Below are positions 45,811 through 53,580 of a DNA stretch of 64,000 nt, in pieces. Under the pieces are notes generated by a model that was not told where the DNA came from, searched no databases, and was given only the letters and a program-made list of their open reading frames with translations. The position numbers and the translations under genes were made by a program. How positions within the stretch are numbered: position 1 is the first letter of the stretch; the number at the start of each line of letters is the position of its first letter. The DNA is from an uncultured Pseudomonadota bacterium (GTDB taxonomy: Bacteria; Pseudomonadota; Alphaproteobacteria; RF32; CAG-239), in contig CACWSG010000004.1 in NCBI GenBank assembly GCA_902763535.1, positions 7,568-71,567 of the forward strand. The letters run 5' to 3'.

Positions 45811-46848
45811 TTACTTTAAATTTTCCTTGAAAAATTGTTCAATTTTATCAAACGGAATTTTGCTCATATTGTCATACAAATCAACATGGTTGGCATCGGG
45901 CACAATATACAATTCTTTGTTATCGCCTTTAAGTTTCTTAAAAGCATCTTCGCTGAAATAGCGGCTATGTGCTTTTTCGCCATGTACTACCAACACCGCA
46001 TTTTTAATAGTGTCGCTATATGCCAAAATCGGTTGAGTAATTAAAGACAATGCCGAAGTGGTATTCCAGTTGCCGTTCGAGTTAATTGAGCGGGGATGAA
46101 AACCGCGCGGTGTTTTATAATATTCAAAATATTCTTTGACAAACAACGGCTCTTCACCGGTCAATTTTTCCGGCAGCCCCGGAGCTTTGGCAAAAGTTCC
46201 TGCTTTATAATCTTTTGTGCGTTGGTTGTTTAGATCCTCACGCAATTTGTATAAATCCTCTTCGCTCATAACATCATTATAGCCTTTGGACGATACTCTG
46301 GTCATGTCATACATCGTTGAGGCTACGGTTGCTTTGATGCGGGTATCTTGTGCCGCGGCATTGAGCCCGAAACCGCCAAATCCGCAAATGCCGATAATAC
46401 CGATTTTGTTTTTATCAACTTGCGGCAAAGTCAGCAAATAATCTACCGCTGCACTAAAATCATCGGTATTGACATCAGGTGAAGCTACATTGCGCGCCTT
46501 ACCACCGGATTCACCGGTAAAAGACGGATCAAAAGCCAAAGTGATAAATCCGCGCTCAGCCAAGGTTTGGGCATATAATCCCGAGGCTTGTTCTTTAACT
46601 GCACCAAACGGACCTGATATGGCAATTGCCGAGCCGTTAATGGCATTTTTGTCTTTAGGCTCATACAAATCACCGGCTAAATCAATGCCAAAGCGATTGG
46701 TAAAACTAACCTTTTTTACTTCAACTTTGTCAGATTTTGCAAACACCTTATCCCAAGACTCGCCATCAGCCGCTATTGCCTTGCCGTTGGGAGCAAATGC
46801 CACACCCAAAGCGGCGATAGAACAAGCGCAAAGATTCTTCAAATTCAT
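45811..46848 (-). CDS. Secreted alpha/beta hydrolase (dienelactone-hydrolase-like, Cys nucleophile elbow)
   Basis: Signal peptide MNLKNLCACSIAALGVAFAPNGKAIA. Nucleophile elbow GICGFGG. C-terminal HVDLY His motif. Confidence 0.7.
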   Translation of the reverse strand: MNLKNLCACSIAALGVAFAPNGKAIAADGESWDKVFAKSDKVEVKKVSFTNRFGIDLAGDLYEPKDKNAINGSAIAISGPFGAVKEQASGLYAQTLAERGFITLAFDPSFTGESGGKARNVASPDVNTDDFSAAVDYLLTLPQVDKNKIGIIGICGFGGFGLNAAAQDTRIKATVASTMYDMTRVSSKGYNDVMSEEDLYKLREDLNNQRTKDYKAGTFAKAPGLPEKLTGEEPLFVKEYFEYYKTPRGFHPRSINSNGNWNTTSALSLITQPILAYSDTIKNAVLVVHGEKAHSRYFSEDAFKKLKGDNKELYIVPDANHVDLYDNMSKIPFDKIEQFFKENLK

Positions 46849-46878
46849 TTTTCACCTCACAAAATTAAAACTATAAGC

Positions 46879-46909
46879 AATATAATTATTAGAGTAAACT
46901 CTAAGTCAA
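46879..46909 (-). promoter_or_regulatory. MerR-type promoter/operator, site C (upstream of the alpha/beta hydrolase)
   Basis: Minus strand: TTGACT-TAGAGTTTACTCTAATAAT-TATATT. 19-nt spacer, perfect dyad TTAGAGT-TT-ACTCTAA. Confidence 0.6.
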
Positions 46910-46980
46910 GTACTTTTAATCATTTGTTAAAAAAACTCTGTTACAAATTGAACTAATTTAAGATTGTAAATGGGCAGATT

Positions 46981-47271
46981 ATGCAAGAATTTATCGGATT
47001 AATCGGATCACTTTGTTTTGCTTTCAGCTCTTGGCCGCAAGCGTGGTATTCATGGCGCCACCAAACAGCCAAAGGGGTTAAATGGTCGTTTATATTTTTG
47101 TGGCTTTCGGGGTCATTTTTCAGCACCATTTATGCAATTTATTATCAAAAATATATGTTGCTGCCCAATTATTTGTGCGGTGGTGCAGGGACTTTGGTAA
47201 TTTTGTATGTGCGAATTGTTGAATTTCGAAAACGTCATGATAAAGTTGATCAAAGGAGAAAAAATGCTTGA
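46981..47271 (+). CDS. PQ-loop (SemiSWEET-like) 3-TM protein
   Basis: 96 aa, SSWPQAWYSWR PQ motif in TM1, 3 predicted TMs. Confidence 0.55.
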   Translation: MQEFIGLIGSLCFAFSSWPQAWYSWRHQTAKGVKWSFIFLWLSGSFFSTIYAIYYQKYMLLPNYLCGGAGTLVILYVRIVEFRKRHDKVDQRRKNA

Positions 47272-47530
47272 GTTTATAATTGATATTTGCGGTTGGATTG
47301 GTGCTTTATCCTATTCAATTTATTCTATTCCTCAAGCGACATCAGCAATTCACTTAGGGCGCACTCAAGGGTTGAGCTCCGGCATGGTGATATTGTTGTT
47401 TGGCGGAGCGTTGTGCAGTTTGATTTATATCTTGCCCGATACTTCGTCACCATTGTTTTATAACTTTGGACTTTCGCTGATATCAGCAACTACTATTTTT
47501 CGTTATCACTTTTGGCCGCGAAAAAAATAG
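47264..47530 (+). CDS. PQ-loop (SemiSWEET-like) 3-TM protein, overlapping the previous gene by 8 nt
   Basis: Start MLEFIID at 47264 after AAAGGAGAA. YSIPQATSAIHLGRTQGLS PQ motif. Confidence 0.55.
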   Translation: MLEFIIDICGWIGALSYSIYSIPQATSAIHLGRTQGLSSGMVILLFGGALCSLIYILPDTSSPLFYNFGLSLISATTIFRYHFWPRKK

Positions 47531-47535
47531 CCGGT

Positions 47536-47796
47536 CTATCGCTTGTTTTGAATAATTATCCATAAAATGGGCAAAGCAAACGCTAAAGAAATACCGTTGC
47601 AAATCATCATTTGCCATGAACTTAAATATACGCCATAAGCAGTCCATAACAGCATGGTTATACAATATATTATATAAGAACTTAGTGATAACCCTGTAGT
47701 GTCGCGTGTTGAAATGGTCTTAATCGCTTGTGGTAAAAATACTACTGCCGAACCGATGCCGGCCAATATGCCCAAACTCTCGCCGATTATACTCAT
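47536..47796 (-). CDS. SemiSWEET/PQ-loop 3-TM protein
   Basis: 86 aa. VFLPQAIKTISTRDTTGLSL is the canonical bacterial SemiSWEET motif. Confidence 0.6.
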   Translation of the reverse strand: MSIIGESLGILAGIGSAVVFLPQAIKTISTRDTTGLSLSSYIIYCITMLLWTAYGVYLSSWQMMICNGISLAFALPILWIIIQNKR

Positions 47797-47872
47797 TTTA
47801 TTAATACCTTTGTAATAATGTTTAGGCTATGATACAGACAAATAAGTTAAATTTTAGTTTAGGTCAAAATAA

Positions 47873-48397
47873 ATGCAGCTTTATCACTACGCTAAAAAAG
47901 GTAATACGGTTTTAAGCAAGGGAATATTATCTTTTGCCGCTAACCCCAAAGCCGACTTGCATTATTATCAAAAACGCTCATGTGCTACCACTCATCAAGG
48001 AATAGTTGCTTGGATGGAAAGCTGCTTTGCGGGACGCTCAAGAGGTATCCGCTGTTTTTCCGAGCCGATAGCTTGGACGAACAAAAGCCTTCATTGCTTG
48101 AAAGATTTTGTTGATGAGTGTGATATGTTCGCCATTGATATTGATGCGCTCAAAAAAGATGGTCTGATAGAGGCGGTTTATGTATCCCCGCCGATTAGTG
48201 ATTTCCCTGAAATAAAAGAAAAACCCGGCATGGATGAAATTTTGTTAAAATTAAATTCGGTTAATGATATTGATTTTTCAGCCGTTGATTGGAGCGTTTG
48301 TGATGATGCAACCGGCAAACGCTTTGCCTTTGTCCGTTATTATTTATTGATAATCAAAGACGGGATAATTCCACCGAAATACATTAAAAAAGTATAA
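47873..48397 (+). CDS. Hypothetical cytoplasmic protein
   Basis: 174-aa ORF in an otherwise empty interval. No motif recognised. Confidence 0.4.
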   Translation: MQLYHYAKKGNTVLSKGILSFAANPKADLHYYQKRSCATTHQGIVAWMESCFAGRSRGIRCFSEPIAWTNKSLHCLKDFVDECDMFAIDIDALKKDGLIEAVYVSPPISDFPEIKEKPGMDEILLKLNSVNDIDFSAVDWSVCDDATGKRFAFVRYYLLIIKDGIIPPKYIKKV

Positions 48398-48398
48398 T

Positions 48399-48920
48399 CT
48401 ATTTCACCACTCCGCAAGCAATTCTTGCGCCTCCTCCGCCCAAAGGGGCAGGGGTGTCTTGATAGTTATCGCCGCCCTCGTGAATCATCAGCGAGCGGCC
48501 TTTAATTTCACTCAATTTAAGGTGCGGAGCATAAACTGTTTGTTTAACTTTTTGCTCTTTATCAGCACTCAAATAGGGCAAATCCCCTTTATGCCCGTTC
48601 TTATCCGGTCCTAAATGTTGTGCTGTTTTGTCCGGATCATAATGCCCTTTGGCTTTTAACCCGGCAGTCATTTTGCCGGTGCTGTCAGTATCTGCGCCGC
48701 AATCTCCCATCTCATGAACATGAAAACCATGCTCTCCTTGGGGCAAACCTTGCAGGTCAACTGCCAGTTGCAGTCCTTGAGGTGTATCCTGCATTTCTAT
48801 AGTTCCGATTTTTTTGCTTAAACCCTCAGCATTTATCAAATAAATTTCGGTTATGCTTTTATCTCTGCCATAACAAGCCGCTAATACTAACAAAGACAAC
48901 AACGCAAAATATTTTTTCAT
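48399..48920 (-). CDS. sodC: Periplasmic Cu/Zn superoxide dismutase lipoprotein
   Basis: Start MKKYFALLSLLVLAAC at 48920. GEHGFHVHEMGDCG and GGGGARIACGVV motifs. Confidence 0.85.
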   Translation of the reverse strand: MKKYFALLSLLVLAACYGRDKSITEIYLINAEGLSKKIGTIEMQDTPQGLQLAVDLQGLPQGEHGFHVHEMGDCGADTDSTGKMTAGLKAKGHYDPDKTAQHLGPDKNGHKGDLPYLSADKEQKVKQTVYAPHLKLSEIKGRSLMIHEGGDNYQDTPAPLGGGGARIACGVVK

Positions 48921-49003
48921 TCTATTTCTCCTCTTATAAGCTAAATATAATTTGCCTTTTGTTATTTTCCAAGTTATATCTTGCCGCATAAGGAGAAAAA
49001 ACA

Positions 49004-49528
49004 ATGCCGACCTATCTCATTATCGGTAACATATTTTCATTGCTTTCGGCAATATGTATTGCCATATCGGTGGCACAAAAAAGCAAAAAGAAGTTTATGC
49101 TGTGGCAGATTGGTGATACGGCTTTCGGAATAGGCGTTAATATCGCTTTGGTAACTTATGCGGCCTTAGTTATAAGCATAATCTGCCTTATTCGCAACAT
49201 CTTGTCTTATTGCGGCAAACTCACCAAAAGCATCACGGTTATCTTTACTGTTTTGGGGGTGATAATCGGTTTTTTAGTCAACAATCTGGGATTTATCGGG
49301 TGGTTTCCCATAGTCGCTTCTGCCAGTTATACCATTTTTATCTATACCACCAAAAATGAGCAACAAATGCGCTATGCCTCAATTTTGAATATGGTTTTGT
49401 GGTTGGTGCACAATGCTTATGTCGGGGCTTATCCTTCGGCAATAGCCAATGTCATCTTGTGCGGTTGGACAATCTGGCAGATATGGCAATACCATAAAAA
49501 CATTGACAAAAAATCAAAAGACATCTAA
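49004..49528 (+). CDS. YgjV-like inner membrane protein
   Basis: 174 aa with two 3-TM halves. N-terminal IGNIFSLLSAICIAISVAQKSKKK resembles the Imp-YgjV family. Confidence 0.5.
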   Translation: MPTYLIIGNIFSLLSAICIAISVAQKSKKKFMLWQIGDTAFGIGVNIALVTYAALVISIICLIRNILSYCGKLTKSITVIFTVLGVIIGFLVNNLGFIGWFPIVASASYTIFIYTTKNEQQMRYASILNMVLWLVHNAYVGAYPSAIANVILCGWTIWQIWQYHKNIDKKSKDI

Positions 49529-49582
49529 ACTGAGCCAAATTTTACTATTATGCAAATTATGTTTAACCTAAAAAAATAGATT

Positions 49583-49828
49583 ATGTATATAAAAGAGATA
49601 AAAAGAGCGCCCTACATTTGTATAGTGCCAAGCAGCGGGCCTCATGCCATCAAGTGTTATCCGGATGCTAAGACATGGGTCATAAACGGTCAAAAATTCG
49701 GATATTCCAAAAGAGAACAAACCATGATTGCCCCAATGGCTGTTAGTAAGGCTGAAATAGAAAATGCAAAAAAGTTCTTTGAGGAAATTTCTCTCTCCGA
49801 ATGGAAAGGATTATTTCCCTCTGATTGA
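49583..49828 (+). CDS. Small soluble protein, family A copy 1 (unknown function)
   Basis: 81 aa. Paralogous to 51240-51473 (IKRAPYIC.VP..G..A.KCYPDA.T.VING.KFGYS..EQT.I.P). No SD; A-rich leader. Confidence 0.5.
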   Translation: MYIKEIKRAPYICIVPSSGPHAIKCYPDAKTWVINGQKFGYSKREQTMIAPMAVSKAEIENAKKFFEEISLSEWKGLFPSD

Positions 49829-49905
49829 AAGCAGCAAAAGAGATGTTGGCGATGCTCTAGCTTCTCATTTATGCCAATTAAATGTCTAATTAAAAATAAA
49901 AAATT

Positions 49906-50205
49906 ATGACGGTATTATTGATTACAGGCATTAAGGTGGTCTTAATGGTGATGGCAATAATCCTGACGATTATCGCACTTGTTACCATCATAAGGTATGA
50001 TGATTCAGAGTTTTGCGCTCTTGTTGAAGTTTTGGTGCTGTTGGGTGCAATAGTGCTTTTAGTTTTGAAAATATTCCTTCTGATGGAATGGTTCAATCCG
50101 GAGGCAATATCAGCACTCTTGTATGTGATCAAAGTTATCTGGATCGTGCTGGCAATTATCGCTCTTATCGCTAACGGCGTAAGATTATTAACCATTTACT
50201 ATTAA
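49906..50205 (+). CDS. Small 3-TM membrane protein, family B copy 1
   Basis: 99 aa with three hydrophobic spans. Leader taaaaataaaaaattATG. Confidence 0.5.
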   Translation: MTVLLITGIKVVLMVMAIILTIIALVTIIRYDDSEFCALVEVLVLLGAIVLLVLKIFLLMEWFNPEAISALLYVIKVIWIVLAIIALIANGVRLLTIYY

Positions 50206-50224
50206 CCAATAAAAACAAAATATT

Positions 50225-50485
50225 ATGTTTGCAACCGTTTTTACAATCTTACTGGCTGCTATTATAGCAACTTGTGTCGTCGGCATCTGCATTATAGCCA
50301 AGGCAATTAAAGAATTGGGTGCAGGTGTGTTTTCCATTAGCGGCATAATAGCATTACTACTTGTTGTCGCCATTACAGCCTTAGGTATATGTCTATTACA
50401 AGGCTGGGGTGATGCTCGCATCATTGAGCAGTGGATGGCAGGTTTGGGAATTGCCGCCATTGTCATCGGTTTTGCTATTGCCTAA
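50225..50485 (+). CDS. Small 3-TM membrane protein, family B copy 2
   Basis: 86 aa with three hydrophobic spans. Leader aataaaaacaaaatattATG. Confidence 0.5.
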   Translation: MFATVFTILLAAIIATCVVGICIIAKAIKELGAGVFSISGIIALLLVVAITALGICLLQGWGDARIIEQWMAGLGIAAIVIGFAIA

Positions 50486-50534
50486 ATTGTGGGAATAGGA
50501 ATAATACTGATGATAAAAAACAAATAATCAATTT

Positions 50535-50559
50535 GCTCGCTTGAAAAAGCGAGCTTTTT
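50535..50559 (+). terminator. Intrinsic terminator inside the small-gene cluster
   Basis: gctcgctt-gaaa-aagcgagc followed by ttttt. Confidence 0.65.
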
Positions 50560-50642
50560 GTCGTTTAAAAACATTGACAAAAAACAAAAAAACTAATAAC
50601 TTGAGAACAATTCACATTATTTATAAATTAAATTTTAACAAT

Positions 50643-50921
50643 ATGGAAAAAGTAGTTGTAACTATTGTTTTCGCAGTGGTCATCACTGTCATTGCCGCAG
50701 TTTTCGTATTTTTATGGAGACTGATGGAAAATCACAAAGATTTTTCTGTTCTGTCAGGCTTAGCACTTCTGGAGCTGGTGCTCGGTTTCGCCTTTCTGTC
50801 CTATTGGGGATTGGCTTGGGCGACAACCGCGCTGAAAATTGTAACAGTTGTGTTGTATGCAGTGATTCTATTTCCGGCGGTGTTTCGCTGGTGCAAACGA
50901 CCGAAAGAAAGTAATGTTTAA
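50643..50921 (+). CDS. Small 3-TM membrane protein, family B copy 3
   Basis: Start MEKVVVTIVF at 50643. The track ORF from 50541 spans the terminator and is unlikely. 92 aa. Confidence 0.45.
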   Translation: MEKVVVTIVFAVVITVIAAVFVFLWRLMENHKDFSVLSGLALLELVLGFAFLSYWGLAWATTALKIVTVVLYAVILFPAVFRWCKRPKESNV

Positions 50922-50936
50922 CTAAAAACAAAAATT

Positions 50937-51227
50937 ATGAATGCTTTAATTATTATCGGGGCGATAGTTATCATCGCTTTCTTTATTTGGTGCATTTGCA
51001 CCCTCGCTCCATTCTACAAAGATGAGGGCTGGAACTTCTTCAATGTCGGCACAATTGCCAGCTTTGTGATGCTGATAGCCATTGTTATATTGACAGCGGC
51101 TTATTTCATCGGCTGTTGGCAATGGCTGACTCCAAATGTTATGTCGACAGTTTTTCTGTGTGCGTTGGTTTGGTTGGGTGTATACCTCGTAGCCATCGCC
51201 TTTAGTATGCGAGATAAAAAACAATAA
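50937..51227 (+). CDS. Small 3-TM membrane protein, family B copy 4
   Basis: 96 aa with three hydrophobic spans. Leader taactaaaaacaaaaattATG. Confidence 0.5.
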   Translation: MNALIIIGAIVIIAFFIWCICTLAPFYKDEGWNFFNVGTIASFVMLIAIVILTAAYFIGCWQWLTPNVMSTVFLCALVWLGVYLVAIAFSMRDKKQ

Positions 51228-51239
51228 AAAATAAAAATT

Positions 51240-51473
51240 ATGGTTATCATCAATGAAATAAAGCGGGCGCCCTACATCTGCACGGTTCCCGGCGGTGGTG
51301 TCAGAGCAACCAAATGTTATCCGGATGCGCAAACTTATGTCATAAATGGCAAAAAGTTTGGGTATTCTCAAAAAGAGCAAACTCTGATAACACCAATTGA
51401 TGCATCGGGAAGCGACATAAGTGCCGCTGAAGTTGCAATAAAGGCGATAAAAAATTTGAGCCTCTCAAGTTAA
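51240..51473 (+). CDS. Small soluble protein, family A copy 2
   Basis: 77 aa, paralogue of 49583-49828. Leader aataaaaaataaaaattATG. Confidence 0.5.
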   Translation: MVIINEIKRAPYICTVPGGGVRATKCYPDAQTYVINGKKFGYSQKEQTLITPIDASGSDISAAEVAIKAIKNLSLSS

Positions 51474-51546
51474 AAAAAGTATTAGTAGTTTTCTTGATAC
51501 TTTTTGGGGTGTCATTTTTTAAAATCGGTAAAGAGTAACTCCTCTC

Positions 51547-51577
51547 AGCTCGCTTGTTAAAAGCGAGCTTTTTTTTA
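51547..51577 (+). terminator. Intrinsic terminator ending the small-gene cluster
   Basis: agctcgctt-gttaa-aagcgagct followed by T8. The stem sequence is the same as in the 50535 terminator. Confidence 0.65.
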
Positions 51578-51588
51578 TTAAAATAACA

Positions 51589-51607
51589 TTGAAAATTTCA
51601 AAGCTCT
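51589..51607. repeat. 19-nt direct repeat, left copy (ttgaaaatttcaaagctct)
   Basis: Exact match to 53321-53339. Brackets the two-gene effector module. Confidence 0.9.
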
Positions 51608-51672
51608 CGGGGTTAAATATAAACAAGAACTCTTAACTCTTATTTATGAAATGTTACAATTTGTGATTGTTA

Positions 51673-52308
51673 CTAAAATTCCGATAAACCGACGCAGTTG
51701 TGATAATCGCTATCAGCATTTTCAAAATTACGCCAAGTTTCATAACCATAATAAGTAAAGCAACGTGCTTTATTTTCCTCTTTTTTGCAAGCCATGCTAT
51801 ATTCACCGATTGCTTTTTTCACTTCCCCATCATACCAATACATTTTGCAGTGACATTCATCACAATATTTTAAATTAAAACGCAAAGTTTTTTGTTTATC
51901 GTCTAAACAGTAGTTTACAACATAATTCCCATTACCAGTACTATGAAATACCACCTCTTCTCCTAACCCCACATGACAAGTTACTTCTGTATAATCATTA
52001 TTATGTTGTTCACAAAAAAAATTTAAGTCTTCTTTTCTTCCTGTATTTTTTTCCATGATTGTTCCCATACATCCAGCATTACCGCAATTCGCAAATGATG
52101 TCGGAAATTTGGAAGAACCTGAAAGGTTAATATTTAAACTATATCCTTTTGTATCTCCTTTATAAGCATATTCAAAAACACCATCATTATCGCTGATTGT
52201 TTCGTATTTTTCAACCTTCAGAGCAAAACACGGCCAATCTTGCGGTAAAGCATAAGCTCTGCCGCAAGAAAGGACCATAAACAACATTAAAATAATTTTA
52301 TTTTTCAA
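51673..52308 (-). CDS. Cys-rich secreted protein (candidate immunity/partner protein)
   Basis: TTG start at 52308 preceded by TAAGGGA. Signal peptide MKNKIILMLFMVLSCGRAYA. More than 12 Cys. Overlaps the upstream gene by 11 nt. Confidence 0.55.
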   Translation of the reverse strand: MKNKIILMLFMVLSCGRAYALPQDWPCFALKVEKYETISDNDGVFEYAYKGDTKGYSLNINLSGSSKFPTSFANCGNAGCMGTIMEKNTGRKEDLNFFCEQHNNDYTEVTCHVGLGEEVVFHSTGNGNYVVNYCLDDKQKTLRFNLKYCDECHCKMYWYDGEVKKAIGEYSMACKKEENKARCFTYYGYETWRNFENADSDYHNCVGLSEF

Positions 52309-53290
52309 ATTCCCTTAACCTTGTTTCAATCCATAAAAATTTCGTTTTCAAGTCTGGATCATTTATTTTACCATAATCCATATAATACATACCATTTTTA
52401 TCCTTTTCAATATGCTTGAAAAATTTATTCATATAATCAATTCCTGTTCTGTGAATTGCTGCTAATAATCCGGTATCTGTTATGGTAAAATTAAATTTTA
52501 ATCCTTTATATTTGGAACCTACATATTTTGTTTCTCCAAAGTGAGACAAATATCTATATTGAACTTTCATATATTCGTCTAATATTTGTTCCTGTATAGA
52601 TGGATTATTTAAAAAATCTTCAACAGAATATATACCATTTTTTCCGGTCCATTTATTGTCTTTTGTTAAATATCCTGTATCAATTAGTCCATCTCTGCGT
52701 ATCTGGTACATTCCTAAAGCACCAATTCCCCCACCTGAAGTATTAGTTTTATTATAATTGTTCTTACTTTCCTTATATCCTAATAAGTTACGCATTTTCT
52801 TTGAAAAAATGTAATGTTCATCTTTATGATTTTTATTTCGTATTTCCGATTCATTATTTTTAGCATATTGGGGCAAGCCGGATAAATCAACTTTCGTCAC
52901 ATCAGATTGTTTTACTCTATCCGATTGATATGGCTCTGCCCAGCAACGACAATTATAATCTTCACCGGGATTTCCGCCTTCAGGCGGAATATATTTGTTA
53001 AATATTTTCCCCTCACGTTCAGCGTGTGCGCCGCGAACTTTATCATCTCCTTTCGTGCGCCAAATATAATAATTTTCCGGATTTTCTTTTATATCATAAG
53101 CCAATATCTCTTTGAGTTTCGGATTGGGCGTATTTTCACTTTCAACATCTATTTGTTGCATATCCGAAACGGTTTCGGCATCTCTTGGATCAAGATAATA
53201 CCAATCTGTTTCTCCTTTTCTCTTAGAATCACGTCTAATCGGCTTAAATCCATTCATTCTTTGATATAAATCATTATATAATTCGTTCAT
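52298..53290 (-). CDS. MuF-domain (Phage_Mu_F/SPP1 gp7-like) protein fused to a lysozyme-like/lytic-transglycosylase-like C-terminal domain
   Basis: IWRTKGDDKVRGAHAEREGKIF....PGEDYNCRCWAEPY matches the MuF core (W.T..D.rVR..H..l.G......P....nCRC). The C-terminus has KES-(18 aa)-GALGMYQI, resembling the SLT E-S...GA.GLMQ motif. Preferred start is MNELYN at 53290 after GGAAAGGA; the track start is 53308. Confidence 0.6.
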   Translation of the reverse strand: MNELYNDLYQRMNGFKPIRRDSKRKGETDWYYLDPRDAETVSDMQQIDVESENTPNPKLKEILAYDIKENPENYYIWRTKGDDKVRGAHAEREGKIFNKYIPPEGGNPGEDYNCRCWAEPYQSDRVKQSDVTKVDLSGLPQYAKNNESEIRNKNHKDEHYIFSKKMRNLLGYKESKNNYNKTNTSGGGIGALGMYQIRRDGLIDTGYLTKDNKWTGKNGIYSVEDFLNNPSIQEQILDEYMKVQYRYLSHFGETKYVGSKYKGLKFNFTITDTGLLAAIHRTGIDYMNKFFKHIEKDKNGMYYMDYGKINDPDLKTKFLWIETRLREFEK

Positions 53291-53320
53291 TTTTACTGTC
53301 CTTTCCATAAAAAAAGAGCT

Positions 53321-53339
53321 TTGAAAATTTCAAAGCTCT
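53321..53339. repeat. 19-nt direct repeat, right copy, embedded in a perfect 12-bp-arm palindrome
   Basis: agagctttgaaa-a-tttcaaagctct (53315-53339) flanked by an A7 run. The right arm plus centre equals the left-copy repeat. Confidence 0.9.
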
Positions 53340-53580
53340 TTGGATTAAAAAATATGGCGGAAAAACGGGTACAAAAAAATCCCGCCATTTTTTATGACAG
53401 GATTTTCACCCACTCATCCACCATACTGATTTTTATATCATCAGCCGACGGCTTAAGTCAAGGTGCTGACCTCTATTATCCACAAAAAGTTGATGTTTGT
53501 AACATTATTCGCTTTTTTGCTATGAAAAATAAAATTTCCTTAAAATAAAATCATTTATCGTATAAGTTGTAACCAATAAC

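Noticed and set aside
51673-53308. Prophage, inferred from the MuF (head morphogenesis) domain
   Set aside because: No portal, terminase, capsid, tail or integrase gene lies within 10 kb on either side. Only a two-gene cassette is present.
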